Assembly (NCBI GenBank): GCA_951406725.2
Contig: OX597827.1
Span: 50,158,001 to 50,222,000, forward strand
DNA: 64,000 nt
Direction of reading: 5' to 3'
From: Octopus vulgaris
Lineage: Eukaryota
The translations under genes and the position numbers were made by a program. Shown in pieces: positions 1 through 13,033 of this stretch; positions within the stretch are counted from its first letter, which is position 1, and the number at the start of each line of letters is the position of its first letter. Under the pieces are notes generated by a model that did no database searches, was not told where the DNA came from, and saw only the letters and a list, made by a program, of their open reading frames with translations.

Positions 1-399
1 GAATTTATCTTTACTTCTGTATGATTAATTAACGGCGCGAAACCTGCGATATTATTTACGAAATATAATGCATTTTCCCATATCTCTTTCAGTACTGGTC
101 TTGCGTGTACGCTTGCGTCTATATCACAAATGGAGAGAAATATTAAAACCGTGCCAAAGACAATAACAACAAGTGTGGACTATGTCAACGACTATATTGA
201 CAAATTATTTGAAGTAAGTTTTTATTTCTTAAAATAATAATGCTGCTGACGATAATAAAATAATAATAATAATTTCATTTATTTGTAACCAGGGCGAAGG
301 ATGAGGGGGACAACACAAAATAGGTATAAAGTAAGGGGGTTTACATATAATGAAATGGTAAAATAAATTAATAAACAAAAAAGTATAAATATATATGGT

Positions 400-562
400 G
401 AGTGGCTGTGAGGTATGTAGCTTGCTAACCAACCACATGGTTCCGGGTTCAGTCCCACTGCGTGGCACCTTGGGCAAGTGTCTTCTACTATAGCCTCGGG
501 CCGACCAAAGCCTTGTGAGTAGATTTGGTAGACGGAAACTGAAAGAAGCCTGTCGTATATAT

Positions 563-598
<36 letters not shown>

Positions 599-807
599 AT
601 ATGTTTGTGTGTCTGAGTTTGTCCCTCTAGCATTGCTTGACAACCGATGCTGGTGTGTTTACGTCCCCGTCAGTTAGCGGTTCGACAAAAGAGACCGATA
701 GAATAAGTACTGGGCTTACAAAGAATAAGTCTCGGGGTCGATTTGCTCGACTAAAGGCGGTGCTCCAGCATGGCCGCAGTCAAATGACTGAAACAAGTAA
801 AAGAGTA
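400..807 (+). mobile_element. SINE family A (tRNA-derived, CORE-like ACCTTGGGCAAG, internal (TA)/(TG) microsatellite, AAAAGAGT tail)
   Basis: A-box-like TGGCTGTGTGG and B-box-like GGTTCAGTCCC; about 15 related copies in the window. Confidence 0.9.
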
Positions 808-905
808 ACGAAAAGGAAGGGAAATATACATAGTATACAAGGGTTAAAAAAACAAAGGAGGGTTGATAGCTATGTAGTCATCCTGATCCTAAAAGACCTC
901 TAGGG

Positions 906-1490
906 ATAATTGAGGAACCTCATTCTCCAAGATCTCCATGAACACTAAGGGAAAGTGCCCTCTCCAGTTCTTTTTCTCCGACTCACTAGTCTTCACTTAT
1001 AGAGTACCATCCACTCTGTCCATTTTCGCAACTTCCACTCACCTTTCAATAAACTCACTCGAAGTTAGCACTTCCCTCTCCACCCTCAATTTCCTTTTCA
1101 AGTGAAACTTGATGAAGTCAATGAGACCTCTACCAAAGAAGAACGTATCTGTCCTCAAGCCTTTCAGTCTCCTCCATCAGGCAACCTCTTTTACCGCAGC
1201 CACCAGGCAAAGGAAAACTGCTTTGACGGGCCGATTAAAGGAGAGCGGCGGGGCAATTATCACTATGGACTCGGCCAATAGACAGATTCGCCCCACACAT
1301 GACAGTAGCTGTTCGACATAACCTCACAAGTCAGCAATGCTCAGGCACTGAACGAGTGAGTGCGTGCAGAACGGTTTCAACTGCGCGCACCTCAGATAAG
1401 CCTGTCTGACAGTACATCCGCGCTTGTAGAGTTTATCTCGAACCGGTAGCGCTGGTCCGAAAGCTGATATCAGCTGGCTGTACTTGAGGA
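906..1490 (-). mobile_element. L1/Tx1-clade LINE 3' fragment (zf-RVT/C-terminal region), degenerate
   Basis: Minus-strand translation 'LPVRDKLYKRG...LRC...HSLVQC' and 'KRKLRVEREVL...FIERW', with stops. Confidence 0.6.
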
Positions 1491-1669
1491 GAGACCAGAG
1501 CAGAAGAGGCTTAATAGCAGTAGAAGAATGTGAACAAATGGAAAAAAAAGTATAGTAGAGAAGCACAGTAAAAAAACTACCAAAGGGAGCTAATAAAGAA
1601 TAGGTGATGAAGCGCGAAATAGGAGAAAAGGACAAGAATGAAATACAAAGAGAGAAGGTCAGAGAGATC

Positions 1670-2380
1670 GAACAGAAACCTCTGCATGGCCAATTTTGGA
1701 GAGCCACTGAAGACATGCGGAACAAAATCCTGGGATAGGTTAAAAATGGGGCAATTAAAAAAGGAAACATCATAATTGTAGCAGACCAAGATCAAACAAT
1801 AAAAACAAACAACTTAAGAAAAATATATATGGAGAGAGTGTCCCAAAAATGTAGAGCCTGTGGAACTTGGAACGAGGCAGTGGCAGAATGCCCACAGTTG
1901 TCACATAAAGAATATAAGAAATGGAGGCACGACCATGTTGTAAAAGATTTACACTGGAAATTGTGCCAGATATGGGGATTTGAAGCTGAAAACACATGGT
2001 ACAATCACCGAGTAGAAATGGTACAGGAGTCGGAGAAATGTAAGATCTTGTGGGACTTTCCTATTCAACCAGACAAGTTAGAAAACATTAGACCAGACAT
2101 AATTATTGATAAGGAAAAGCGAAGTTGCTTACTTATCGACCCATCATGCCCTTTTGATTCCAGGATCGTAAAGAAAGAGGAAGAAACAGAAAAGTGGTAT
2201 GATAGCGAACAAGATGCTGTGATAGAAAACAAGAACAACAAGATCTTTTAGAATTACCCCATAAAGACTGACTCTGCTATTGAAGCAAGAAGATCAGATA
2301 TTATCATAGAGGATAACAACAGTGTAAGATTATAGATTTTGCACTTATGAGAGCAAAGTCGATACAAAAGAAATTGAAAA
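1670..2380 (+). mobile_element. R4/Dong-clade non-LTR retrotransposon fragment (zinc knuckle plus restriction-like endonuclease), degenerate
   Basis: 'KPLHGQF', 'CRAC..ECP', 'RHDHV', 'KILWDFPIQ', 'RPDIII', 'LID' motifs. Confidence 0.85.
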
Positions 2381-2382
2381 GG

Positions 2383-2642
2383 CTTCTTCTTCTTCTTCTT
2401 CTTCTTCTTCTTCTTCTTCTTCTTCTTCTTCTTCTTCTCCTTCTTCTTCTTCTTCTTCTTCTTCTTCTTCTTCTTCTTCTTCTTCATTCTCCTCCCCTCC
2501 CCCTCCTCCTCCTCCTCTTCTTCTTCTTCTTCTTCATCATCATCTTCTTCTTCCTTCTCCCCCTCCCCTCCCTATTCTTCTTCCCCTCCCCTCCCCTATT
2601 CTTCTCCCCCTCCCTCTTCTTCTTCTTCTTCTTCTTCTTCTT
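2383..2642. repeat. (CTT)n microsatellite and polypyrimidine tract
   Basis: direct inspection. Confidence 0.95.
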
Positions 2643-3172
2643 AATGAGTCAGAGAGCAGTGAATACCATCAAATTGACACTGGGATAAAATATACGAAGC
2701 CCAGTATACCCATCATGACTGCCCGTCTGATAAGAGTACACCTGGCACATGCATCACAACCATATGTGCGCGACATGGTGATCTCATATCAAGGTAAAGT
2801 GCACATGACTTTGCAGGTGGGGCCCAGTTAGAATTTTCTTCAAGTCGGGTAGCTCAAAAGGTTCCTGAATAAGGGTTGTTTAAAGATGTTGAACGAAACA
2901 CCCATGTTTCCAGAGGTGAATTATTCTAACCCCAAATAATTCCTCTCAACACATGGTTATGATGCTCTACCACTACTTCTGCTCATAATCAGAGATGCAC
3001 ATATCGTCAGCCACTAAGGGACATGCTTAACCGGTTAAGGTCAAATAACTGACAAGCAAATCTGTGGTATTGAGCAGAGTATTTGCTGTAGCTCATATTT
3101 TATAACAAGGCAGAACAATGTACATGATACACTTTACAGTCAGTTAAGATCTGAAGCCAATGCCTGGTATTG

Positions 3173-3207
3173 CATTATTATTATTATTATTATCATTATT
3201 ATTATTA

Positions 3208-3259
<52 letters not shown>

Positions 3260-3288
3260 CATTATTATTATTATCATTATTATTATTA

Positions 3289-3365
<77 letters not shown>
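3173..3365. repeat. (TTA)n microsatellite
   Basis: direct inspection. Confidence 0.95.
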
Positions 3366-3366
<1 letters not shown>

Positions 3367-3492
3367 TATGTTTGACTTTTGCTTTACATTTGCACAAGCT
3401 GGTTCCAAGTCTCACCCAGAGAACTCAAGAGACAACAAGTTGGAAGTTCATGTTGGTGTTATGCCTAGGGTGCCATATATTTGGTTCTGTAC
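3366..3492 (-). mobile_element. 3' end of R4/Dong-like LINE abutting (TAA)n
   Basis: Near-identical to 20789-20889, the 3' UTR downstream of an REL endonuclease. Confidence 0.75.
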
Positions 3493-3585
3493 TTAGTGTT
3501 GTACTATCATAGAGGATAATAACAGTGTAAGATTATAGATTTTGCACTTCGATATGAGAGCAAAGTCGATATTATTATTATTATT

Positions 3586-3656
<71 letters not shown>

Positions 3657-3693
3657 CAGTATCATCATCATTAATGTTTTGCTTTATTTTTAG

Positions 3694-3760
3694 CAAGTAG
3701 ATTTCATTGGCAGCAAAACCGAATCATTACTCATGGACGAAATTGAAAGAGAAATGGAGA
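3694..3760 (+). CDS. prominin exon (first in window) [22 protein letters not shown]
   Basis: ttttag|CAA acceptor, A|gtaagt donor; phase matches next exon. Confidence 0.8.
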
Positions 3761-6700
3761 GTAAGTAATCGAGCTCATTTACTAAAACTAGAGAACGTAA
3801 TTACATATAAAAGGATTATCATTCTTCAAATCAAATTTAATTGATGAAATGAAAAGAGAAATTAGTTTATAAGGTGTTATTTACATAATAGACATATATA
3901 TATACTATAATGACATATATATACTATAATGGAGAAAGCTGCTTATTAATTAGATATGTAAGAATTACTAAAAGTACGAAAAGAAAGCAATGTTAAAAAC
4001 TTGACCGTCTGGAAATATTTTTATAAATTCATCTTCTTAGAAATTTCCTATAGTTTCGATTTCTAAAGATTATTGAATTTTTTAACTCCAATTTCTCGTA
4101 AATTTAAGTATTCATTGCATTCACTGCGTCCAATTCTTCATAAATTTAAATATTCATTGTATTCCCTGTGGAGTAGATTTTAATGTTTAACAATACACAA
4201 TATCAATTCGTTGCAGGCGACAGTTTACGTTTTTATTTGCAACAGTCTCTCATGCCCATTCACTTCTATTTTCATTAACGATAATTTAATCATAACTATA
4301 TAACTTTGATATGAGGCAAAATTTCAAGAATATTATCAGTTTCCGGAATTTGTTAAATGAATATTTTTGATAAAATGAAAATTTTTTAATATGCCGGTAT
4401 AATATTTTTTTTAAATGAAGAAGTGATTTTGTTGGTATGGCTGCTTGGACCGCTATAAGCCTTACAATAATAACTATGTGATCGCTGCAATTTCTAGCAC
4501 ACTAAACGAGATGGTTTTTAACGAGCTTTCACTTATGCTACTTTTTCATTTCATGTTTACACAAATAGCTTTCATATGAGGCATAATTTCGTTAAAAGGT
4601 ATCCAGTCGGAGATGTAGACATCTGTAGTTATGCCCTTTAATTTATACGATTTTTTTCATTTCATGTTTATTTCATTCATTGTTTGCAATGTTCTCTCTC
4701 CCCTGCCTCTCCCCCTCGCACATACACACACGCACACACACTGCAAAGCTTACAGATTGTTGGCTGAATTGAAATCTCTATGTTGCTTTGACAGGAAGGT
4801 AAAACTTAACAAATTGCTCCCACCTCCGTAGTTGGACTACCTTGATGTTTATTTAAAGAACAGAGATTATGACTGTGATAAAATAATGAAAGCACTATTT
4901 ACTACGCAAGTGAGCACTATTATACAAAGAAATAATTAAACATAAAATATCATAAAAATCATTAGAATTGGGAATCAAATGTGAAAATATTATCAAGTGA
5001 GTAGCAGAAAACCGTCCAGAGGGCGATCTTTCTGCTAGTATATAGCAACTAAGGTAGATCTTATTTATGTTTTAAATGGGAGTCTACTACTCCTTTTATG
5101 TACTGTTTTTATTTCGGTCCGTTCATTTCACTTGTTCTGCAATGCATCAAGGAAGGGATCTGAATACTTGATGTCAAAAGGCAAAAAGTAAAGTAATGGA
5201 CCCCTTTTATAGAATATATACATATTTACTCCTTTTAATATTTGCGCCCCGATTTGAAACAAAAACCTCCACCATTAACATTCTACCTATACTGCAATCA
5301 GTGTTTACACTGTTAATCGAAAGGTAATTTAACGGTGTAACCAATAGAATACTTTCTTGATACTTAATGCACTTTAAAAAAATCTGATGTGATTTAGTCT
5401 ATAAACAAATTTTCGTGGTTATTCTTATTTGAAAGTGAATATTTCTCGTATGATTTTTACATATTTTTAGATTGATGTTATATTAATCAGTGAAATTAGT
5501 TCATTTAATATTGTTTAAACCTTATTTTTATAGATATTGGAACAAATGTTGGTGGTAAATTACAAACAGATATTGATACTGCGACACACATTAGGGAACA
5601 TTTTAGAAGTCTTCGTCAGTTTGAAAAAAGTAAGTTTTCTCTTTTTACAACGTTCCAGATAATTTAACATCAAACTCATTAAAAGCAAACGTACCACGAG
5701 TAACTGTCTAAGACGGCAAATCGTATTAATATAGTTTACTTCCAAAACTACGTAGTAAGTTTCTCTAACAAACCAGTATAATTTCTGAAATACAACCGGA
5801 TGTAACGTAGCTTAAAGATTGACACCTAAAGTTATGGGGAATCCTGAATATATTCAATTATAAATACACTTAAGAGTATATCTCCAGAAATATCAGAATC
5901 GAGTTTCAGCTTGCTATAAAAAACAATGAACAGATTCAATTTTGATCTGTTAGCTGATGTCAACTGAATCACCCATAATTTACTGAAATAAAAGGTTTCC
6001 AGAAAGCAAGGTAATTTGTTTTGATATTAGTGTTAGAACTCAACATTATTGTTAATAGTTTCGATGTGCATGCAACAACGCACGTATATACTCACTCCTC
6101 TTTATTTGAATTATTCTGCTCTATTGCTATCATAAAAAATTAATATCCATGTAAATATTTATAGCAACGAGCTAGAAGAATCGTAAGCACCCCGGGCAAA
6201 ATACTTAGCGGCACTTCGTCCGTCTTTGCGTTCTGTGGTCAAATGCTGTCAAGGTCGTTTTTGCCTTTCATCTTTTCGGGGTCGATAAAATAAATACCAG
6301 TTAAGCACTGAAGTCGATGCAATCGACTTTTCCCCTCCACAAAACGGAATTTGAAATTATTATCCGTGTAAACATTTTTGTATACACAGAGTACAATAAT
6401 TATTTGCACAATAAATAAATAAATTAGCTAAGTACATAAATAAATAAACAAATAGCTAAATAAATGATATTCGGAGTAAATAGATGTTCAATACAGCATT
6501 TTTGGTACAAAAAGTTTAAATTAAAGGAGTTTATTCATAGCAAAGGAAATATGTATTATACAAGTATTATCTTTCAATATTTATTTATAAGTTATTAATA
6601 TGAATGTTGTTTAACTAATATTTAATTGATATCTAACTAATACATCATTATTTAGGAAATATTAGTACGATGTTAATTTAAATCGTTAGAGGTTCATGAA

Positions 6701-7644
6701 GTGTTGAATTGGAAGCATCTTAAGAGTTGGAAACATCTTAAGTTCCAGGTATGATAGGAAATGTATAGTTAGAGGGTGGCATCGAAGCAAGCGAATGTAT
6801 TTGGGAGAAAAGCAACACGGAAAATTGCCTAGATAAAAAGAGTAAAGATCATTGTAAGATGACAATATTTAGGGGAAAGTGTAGGATAAAGATAAAAAGA
6901 GTAAATACTGTATCGCATTTTACCTAGTTTCAACTGACTCAGGTACCACCGAAGTACTAATATTATTTACAATACTAACAACATTTAAGTTCTTCAAGGA
7001 AACAAATATTTTCTAAAATATTTACTTTCAATATATTGTTTTATTTTCCTTTTTTATTAGATATGAGTACTATTCAAAGCATAATTCATGATGTAAATTC
7101 TACAGTGGTGTCTTTAGAATCAGCCGTAAACACATTGAATACTAGTCTGTTAACCCTCCGAACTGATATTAAAAATGCATGTGGCAACTGTATGAATACG
7201 GACAAACTTGAAACACACTTTGATACAAATAATGTAAGATAATTTATAACTACATTTCAATTTTTCTACTTTGAATTGCATAATTCAAGGTAGGCAATTC
7301 AAAAATAATAAAACAATGAAATGATACAATGTGGTATTCAAAGGTCATTCGGACAAATGACCTTTGAATATCGAATTGTATCACATTTGCACGGTCTTAT
7401 TGAGTCTCGGATGTGGTCTTACTCGGTCACGAATTGAATGTGACCGCGTGGCGATTTTTTTCCTCCGTCTTCCCTTCCTTGGATCTTTTCTTTTCCTATG
7501 TTTCTGATGAAGAGCTCCGCTCGAAACGTTAAATCCTCCTTCTTTCTTTCCTTTCCCGAGCGTCCAATAACATTATACTTGTTCCACGTCTTCGCGTTGT
7601 TGTGTTTTCTCTTTGTTTTCATGTTTGGATTAACTTTATATGTA

Positions 7645-7705
<61 letters not shown>

Positions 7706-9530
7706 GGGAATATAATTCGAAAACTTACAGGGAAAAATTCAATTTAACAATTTTAAATCAAATTTCACAATATATAATGTATGTATATACTTTAGATAAA
7801 AACCGCTATTAAACAATTCAATCAAGAAATATGTTATTCACACCATATAAAAACAAATGCTCTAAAAAACCTTTTTTCATATCAATAAAGTACAATAAAT
7901 AGTAAACAGTAGTAAAAAGACCACGCACGTTTCATGGCTATATTTTCAAATAGATAATAATAATAAAATCAATTCGATTCAAAATTAAATCGAACTAAAA
8001 TTAATTCTATTTAAATATATAGTCACTCATCAGGTCTAAGATAATAAATAAAAAATAAAAATAGATAATAATAGGCGCAGGAGTGGCTGTGTGGTAAGTA
8101 GCTTGCTAACCAACCACATGGTTCCGGGTTCAGTCCCACTGCGTGGCATCTTGGGCAAGTGTCTTCTGCTATAGCCCCGGGCCGACCAATGCCTTGTGAG
8201 TGGATTTGGTAGACGGAAACTGAAAGAAGCCTGTCGTATATATGTGTGTGTGTGTGTGTGAGTGTGTGTTTGTGTGTCTGTGTTTGTCCCCCTAGCATTG
8301 CTTGACAACCGATGCTGGTGTGTTTACGTCCCCGTCACTTAGCGGTTCGGCAAAAGAGACCGATAGAATAAGTACTGGACTTACAAAGAATAAGTCCCGG
8401 GGTCGAGTTGCTCCACTAAAGGCGGTGCTCCAGCATGGCCGCAGTCAAATGACTGAAACAAGTAAGAGAGTAAAAGAGTAATAGAATAAATGCACTTATC
8501 TTAATATATACTAATTATCAAATAAATATATAAAAAATAGTGTATTAACTATAAATAATCTAAAAGCATTTAACAATTTGTCTTAAAATGAAAATATAAA
8601 CTTACCTTGTCAAAGGATTTTCGTTAACTACCAATTTAAACGTAAAATGTGGAACTTAGCGTTTATAAGGAATATGAGAAATATATCGCGTAAAAATATG
8701 GCGAAAATAGAATTTATAGAAGAAATAGCTAGAAATATATATTTAAGCTATTAAAATTGAAATTATAAATGTATTTTAGCTGTAAGAATAAGGAAAAAAA
8801 TTAACTTCAATATACTATTAACTGGAAAAATTGTAAAGTCTAACTAATTTAACTACTAAATACGTAAAAAACAAAATATAATAAACATAAATTAAGCTAA
8901 AATTCTATAATTTAATCTATTTTCATTAATTAATTAATTTATTTTATAAACATCTAATTTTTAACTTATTCTAATTATGTAATATAGACTATATAATCTC
9001 GTGCTAATTTATACATATTTTACTACTGCAAATTATAACTACTACAATTAGTAACATAAAACAGGGTTTATATATATATACACAAATTAGCTAAACTTAT
9101 TATATAAGTAATTCAATTTATGTATACATTTAATTTTTCGTTCGTCGAGTGAGTTAATAAAATTTTATCATTAGTGAGTTAATAAAATGTTATCATTAAA
9201 TTCGTTAGTAAACGAAAATTACTACCTATTCGATATAATTCTGCTTTACAAACTATCTCCAAATTTAAATTGTACTTAATATTTTTAGATTTTAGTTCCC
9301 ATATATATTTACTAAGGCCAGTAGAATTGATTAAATTTCTATTCTTAAAAGAATTCATGTTTTGAGCCACCCGTAATTTAATTTTATCAGAAATCGTCCC
9401 TATGTGAATTGCATTTAATTTATAATCATTCCTGTTATTACCACCAATTAAAGTCACTACACATTTATATACTACATCATCGAATTTATTATTAAATTTA
9501 AAATTAGTTTTATCCCTACATGTACAATTA

Positions 9531-9602
<72 letters not shown>

Positions 9603-10318
9603 TGATTTATTCTTTTAAAACTTATTCAGCATAAATTTATGAAAAGAAGAAATAATGTTACCTACATTATTAGTAGTAGAATAACCAACTCCAAAATTAT
9701 TACTAGAAAATTGTTATATTTTTTAAATTTCTAATGAATACTTCAATTATACTTAAAATTTCTTTAATAATATTTGTTTTAACTTGAGCTCCATAAGGAA
9801 TAATTAACCAAATTTTGTTCTCATTAATATTATTATATTTCTTTTTTATATTATTAAATTTATTATTATCATTAAATGAATTAAATTTTATCTTGTTTTT
9901 TAGTCTATTATTATATTTATGCTTTGTATTATCATAATACATATTATTAATACCATAATTATCAGATTATTTATAGTTAATACACTATTTTTTATATATT
10001 TATCTGATAATTAGTATAAGTTAAGATAAGTAAATTTATTCTATTATTATTTATTATTATTTATTATCTTAGACCTTATGAGTGACTATATTTTTAAATA
10101 GAATTAATTTTAGTTCGATTTAATTTCGAATCGAATTGAATTTATTATTATTATCTATTTGAAAATATAGCCATGAAACGTGCGTGGTCTTTTTACTACT
10201 GTTTACTATTTATTGTACTTTATTGATATGAAATAAGGTTTTTTATAGTATATGTTTTCTATATGGTGTGAATAACATATTTCTTGATTGAATTGTTTAA
10301 TAATGGTTTTCTCTAAAT

Positions 10319-10363
<45 letters not shown>

Positions 10364-10385
10364 GTATATATATATATATATATAT

Positions 10386-10452
<67 letters not shown>

Positions 10453-11201
10453 TGTACATTTGTGTGCGTGTTTATAATTTCTTTTAGATATTTTAATATC
10501 AATATGTGCATGAACGAACATATACTCACACATTTACATGTATTGTGCTTTTTATTTTTCAGCTTCCTGATATAACAAGCAATATAAACGCAATCGACGC
10601 TGTGGTTGCCAAGGGGCTTGGTAGTTTGATAGATCCGGTATGAATTTATTTTTTAAAAACTTTCTGCACTGCAATCTATCCACTAACAATTTCTACAGTT
10701 TAACGCATGTCTAACTACATTTATGTATTATGTATAACGTATATTATCTGCATTCTAAACAAATTACGTGATTTGAGTTGATAAAAATAAAATAGTGCTT
10801 CCGTGTTCTGTCAGCTTGTATCTGATTTCAAGTTTTGCTCATATACAAACAAAAGCAAAAGTGAAAAAAAACCAAAAACTCCAGTGATTTTAATTGTTTA
10901 GCCAAAGGCAAAATATAACCCAGCAGACCTATGATCAAAAGAATTTCAGACGTGAACATATCGTCCTTCATACTCAGTGTATCCAATCTAACCTTGTAAA
11001 AAAAAAAAAAGAAAAAAGAGAAAAAGAAACCGGCATTGTTTCATTCAAGAAATATTAGTCGCTGGTCGAATTATCGTTTAGAAACTCGAATAAATACAAA
11101 CCATATACTTCTGCTTTAATCATAGGCTAGTATTATTTTCCTTCTGCAAAGGGCCGAAATGGATAACTGCATTGCATTTTGTCAAACCCCATGCATTCTA
11201 T

Positions 11202-11234
<33 letters not shown>

Positions 11235-11932
11235 CTTCATCAGCGTGTGACAATCACCGATTGTCACTTAGAAAGTGTGTCAATAACCAGTTGGAGGAGG
11301 TGTCCTACAAGCAACAGTAGTATCCACCCTTAGTGGTTAGCCACATTTAAGTGGCAAATATGCTTCACGTATATATATATATATATATATATATCAGCCG
11401 AAATTACTACGATGATCCGGTTCTTGACTGAAGACTGAGGGCTTCGAATGTCCTGTCTGTGTTTGTTGTATCGTCTTCTAAGTGTTATGCGTTCTTGTCA
11501 CAGTTTGTATTTTTTTACATATCATTATATATATATATATATATATATATATGGAGGTGCAATGGCCTAGTGGTTAGGGCAGCGGATTCGCGGTCGGAAG
11601 ATCGCGGTTTCGATTCCCAGACCGGGCATTGTGAGTGTTTATTGAGCGAAAGCATCTAAAGCTCCACGAGGCTCCGGCAGGGGATGGTGGTGAACCCTGC
11701 TGTACTCTTTCACCACAACTTTCTCTCGCAATTTCTTCCTGTTTCTCTTGTACCTGTATTTAAAAGGGCCAGTCTTGTCACACTCTGTGTCACGCTGAAT
11801 CTCCTCGAGAACTACGTTAAGGGTACACGTGTCTGTGGAGTGCTCAGCCACTTGCACGTTAATATCACGAGCAAGCTGTTCCATTGATCGTATCAGCTGG
11901 GACCCTCATCGTCGCAACCGACGGAGTGCTCC

Positions 11933-11971
<39 letters not shown>

Positions 11972-11978
11972 GGATATA

Positions 11979-12010
<32 letters not shown>

Positions 12011-12264
12011 CACCTATATATATGTATATATATATAGATATATATATTACTCTTTACTCTTTTACTCTTTTACTTGTTTCTGTCATTTGACTGCGGCCAT
12101 ACTGGAGCACCGCCTTTAGTCGAGCAAATCGACTCCGGGACTTAGTCTTTGTAAGCCCAGTACTTATTCTATCGGTCTCTTTTGCCGAACCGCTAATGAC
12201 GGGGACGTAAACACGCCAGCATCGGTTGTCAAGCAATGCTAGGGGGACAGACACAGACACACAA

Positions 12265-12310
<46 letters not shown>

Positions 12311-12867
12311 GACAGGCTTCTTTCAGTTTCCGTCTACCAAATCCACTCACAAGGCATTGGTCGGCCCGGGGCTATAGCAGAAGACACTTGCCCAAGATGC
12401 CACGCAGTGGGACTGAACCCGGAACCATGTGGTTGGTTAGCAAGCTACTTTATATATATATTTATATATATATTTGCTTTCAGGGCAAATGGTTTTGTTA
12501 TACGACGCCGTATTTTACAATCTTGTAAATAATAAAAATAATGGTATTTTTATAAGCTTAAAGTCTATGGCGTTCACCGTGCAATGACTAAGGAAAATAG
12601 TCTAATAACGGGGCACATAAGGCTTCCCCATTCGCGTGTGAAGGTAACACAGTCATGTTAACCAGCAGATGTATGTTCGCGTCCCACGCGGATGGGAAAG
12701 CCTTCTTTTTTTCTGTCGCGTGCTTATATGCCCCGTTATTAGACTATTTTCCCTAGTCATTGCACGGTGAACGCCATAAGCTTTAAGCTAATATAAAAAT
12801 ACCATTGTTATTATTTACAGGATTGTAAAATACGGCACCGTATAATAAAGTCATTCGCAGCGAAAGC

Positions 12868-12898
<31 letters not shown>

Positions 12899-12986
12899 TA
12901 CACACATACATACATACATACATACATACATACATACATACATACATACATACATACATACATACATACATACATACATACATACA

Positions 12987-13033
<47 letters not shown>

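Larger units (their letters stand above)
7791..10317 (-). mobile_element. Penelope-like element remnant: degenerate GIY-YIG endonuclease region between about 355-bp inverted pseudo-LTRs
   Basis: Minus-strand '[16 protein letters not shown]', 'CTCRDK', 'VVYKC', 'HIG...KLR...SFKN....[12 protein letters not shown]' (about 9180-9820). Left IR 7791-8560 (split by a SINE) mirrors right IR 9964-10317. Confidence 0.85.

Noticed and set aside
229-903. Recurrent ORFs such as '[15 protein letters not shown]..' and '[12 protein letters not shown]' (also near 8023, 12226, 27536, 42485, 44907, 59803)
   Set aside because: Chance frames of SINE family A, not a gene family
2254-3696. poly-K, L, I, Y and N ORFs
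   Set aside because: Translations of (CTT)n, (TTA)n and (TTG)n microsatellites
11420-11460. CTGAAGA...CGAAT hammerhead-like string (also CTGATGA at 51060)
   Set aside because: GAAA core and stem II not intact
11553-11625. tRNA gene candidates (also 44540-44608)
   Set aside because: No closed acceptor stem or terminator; they continue into SINE bodies
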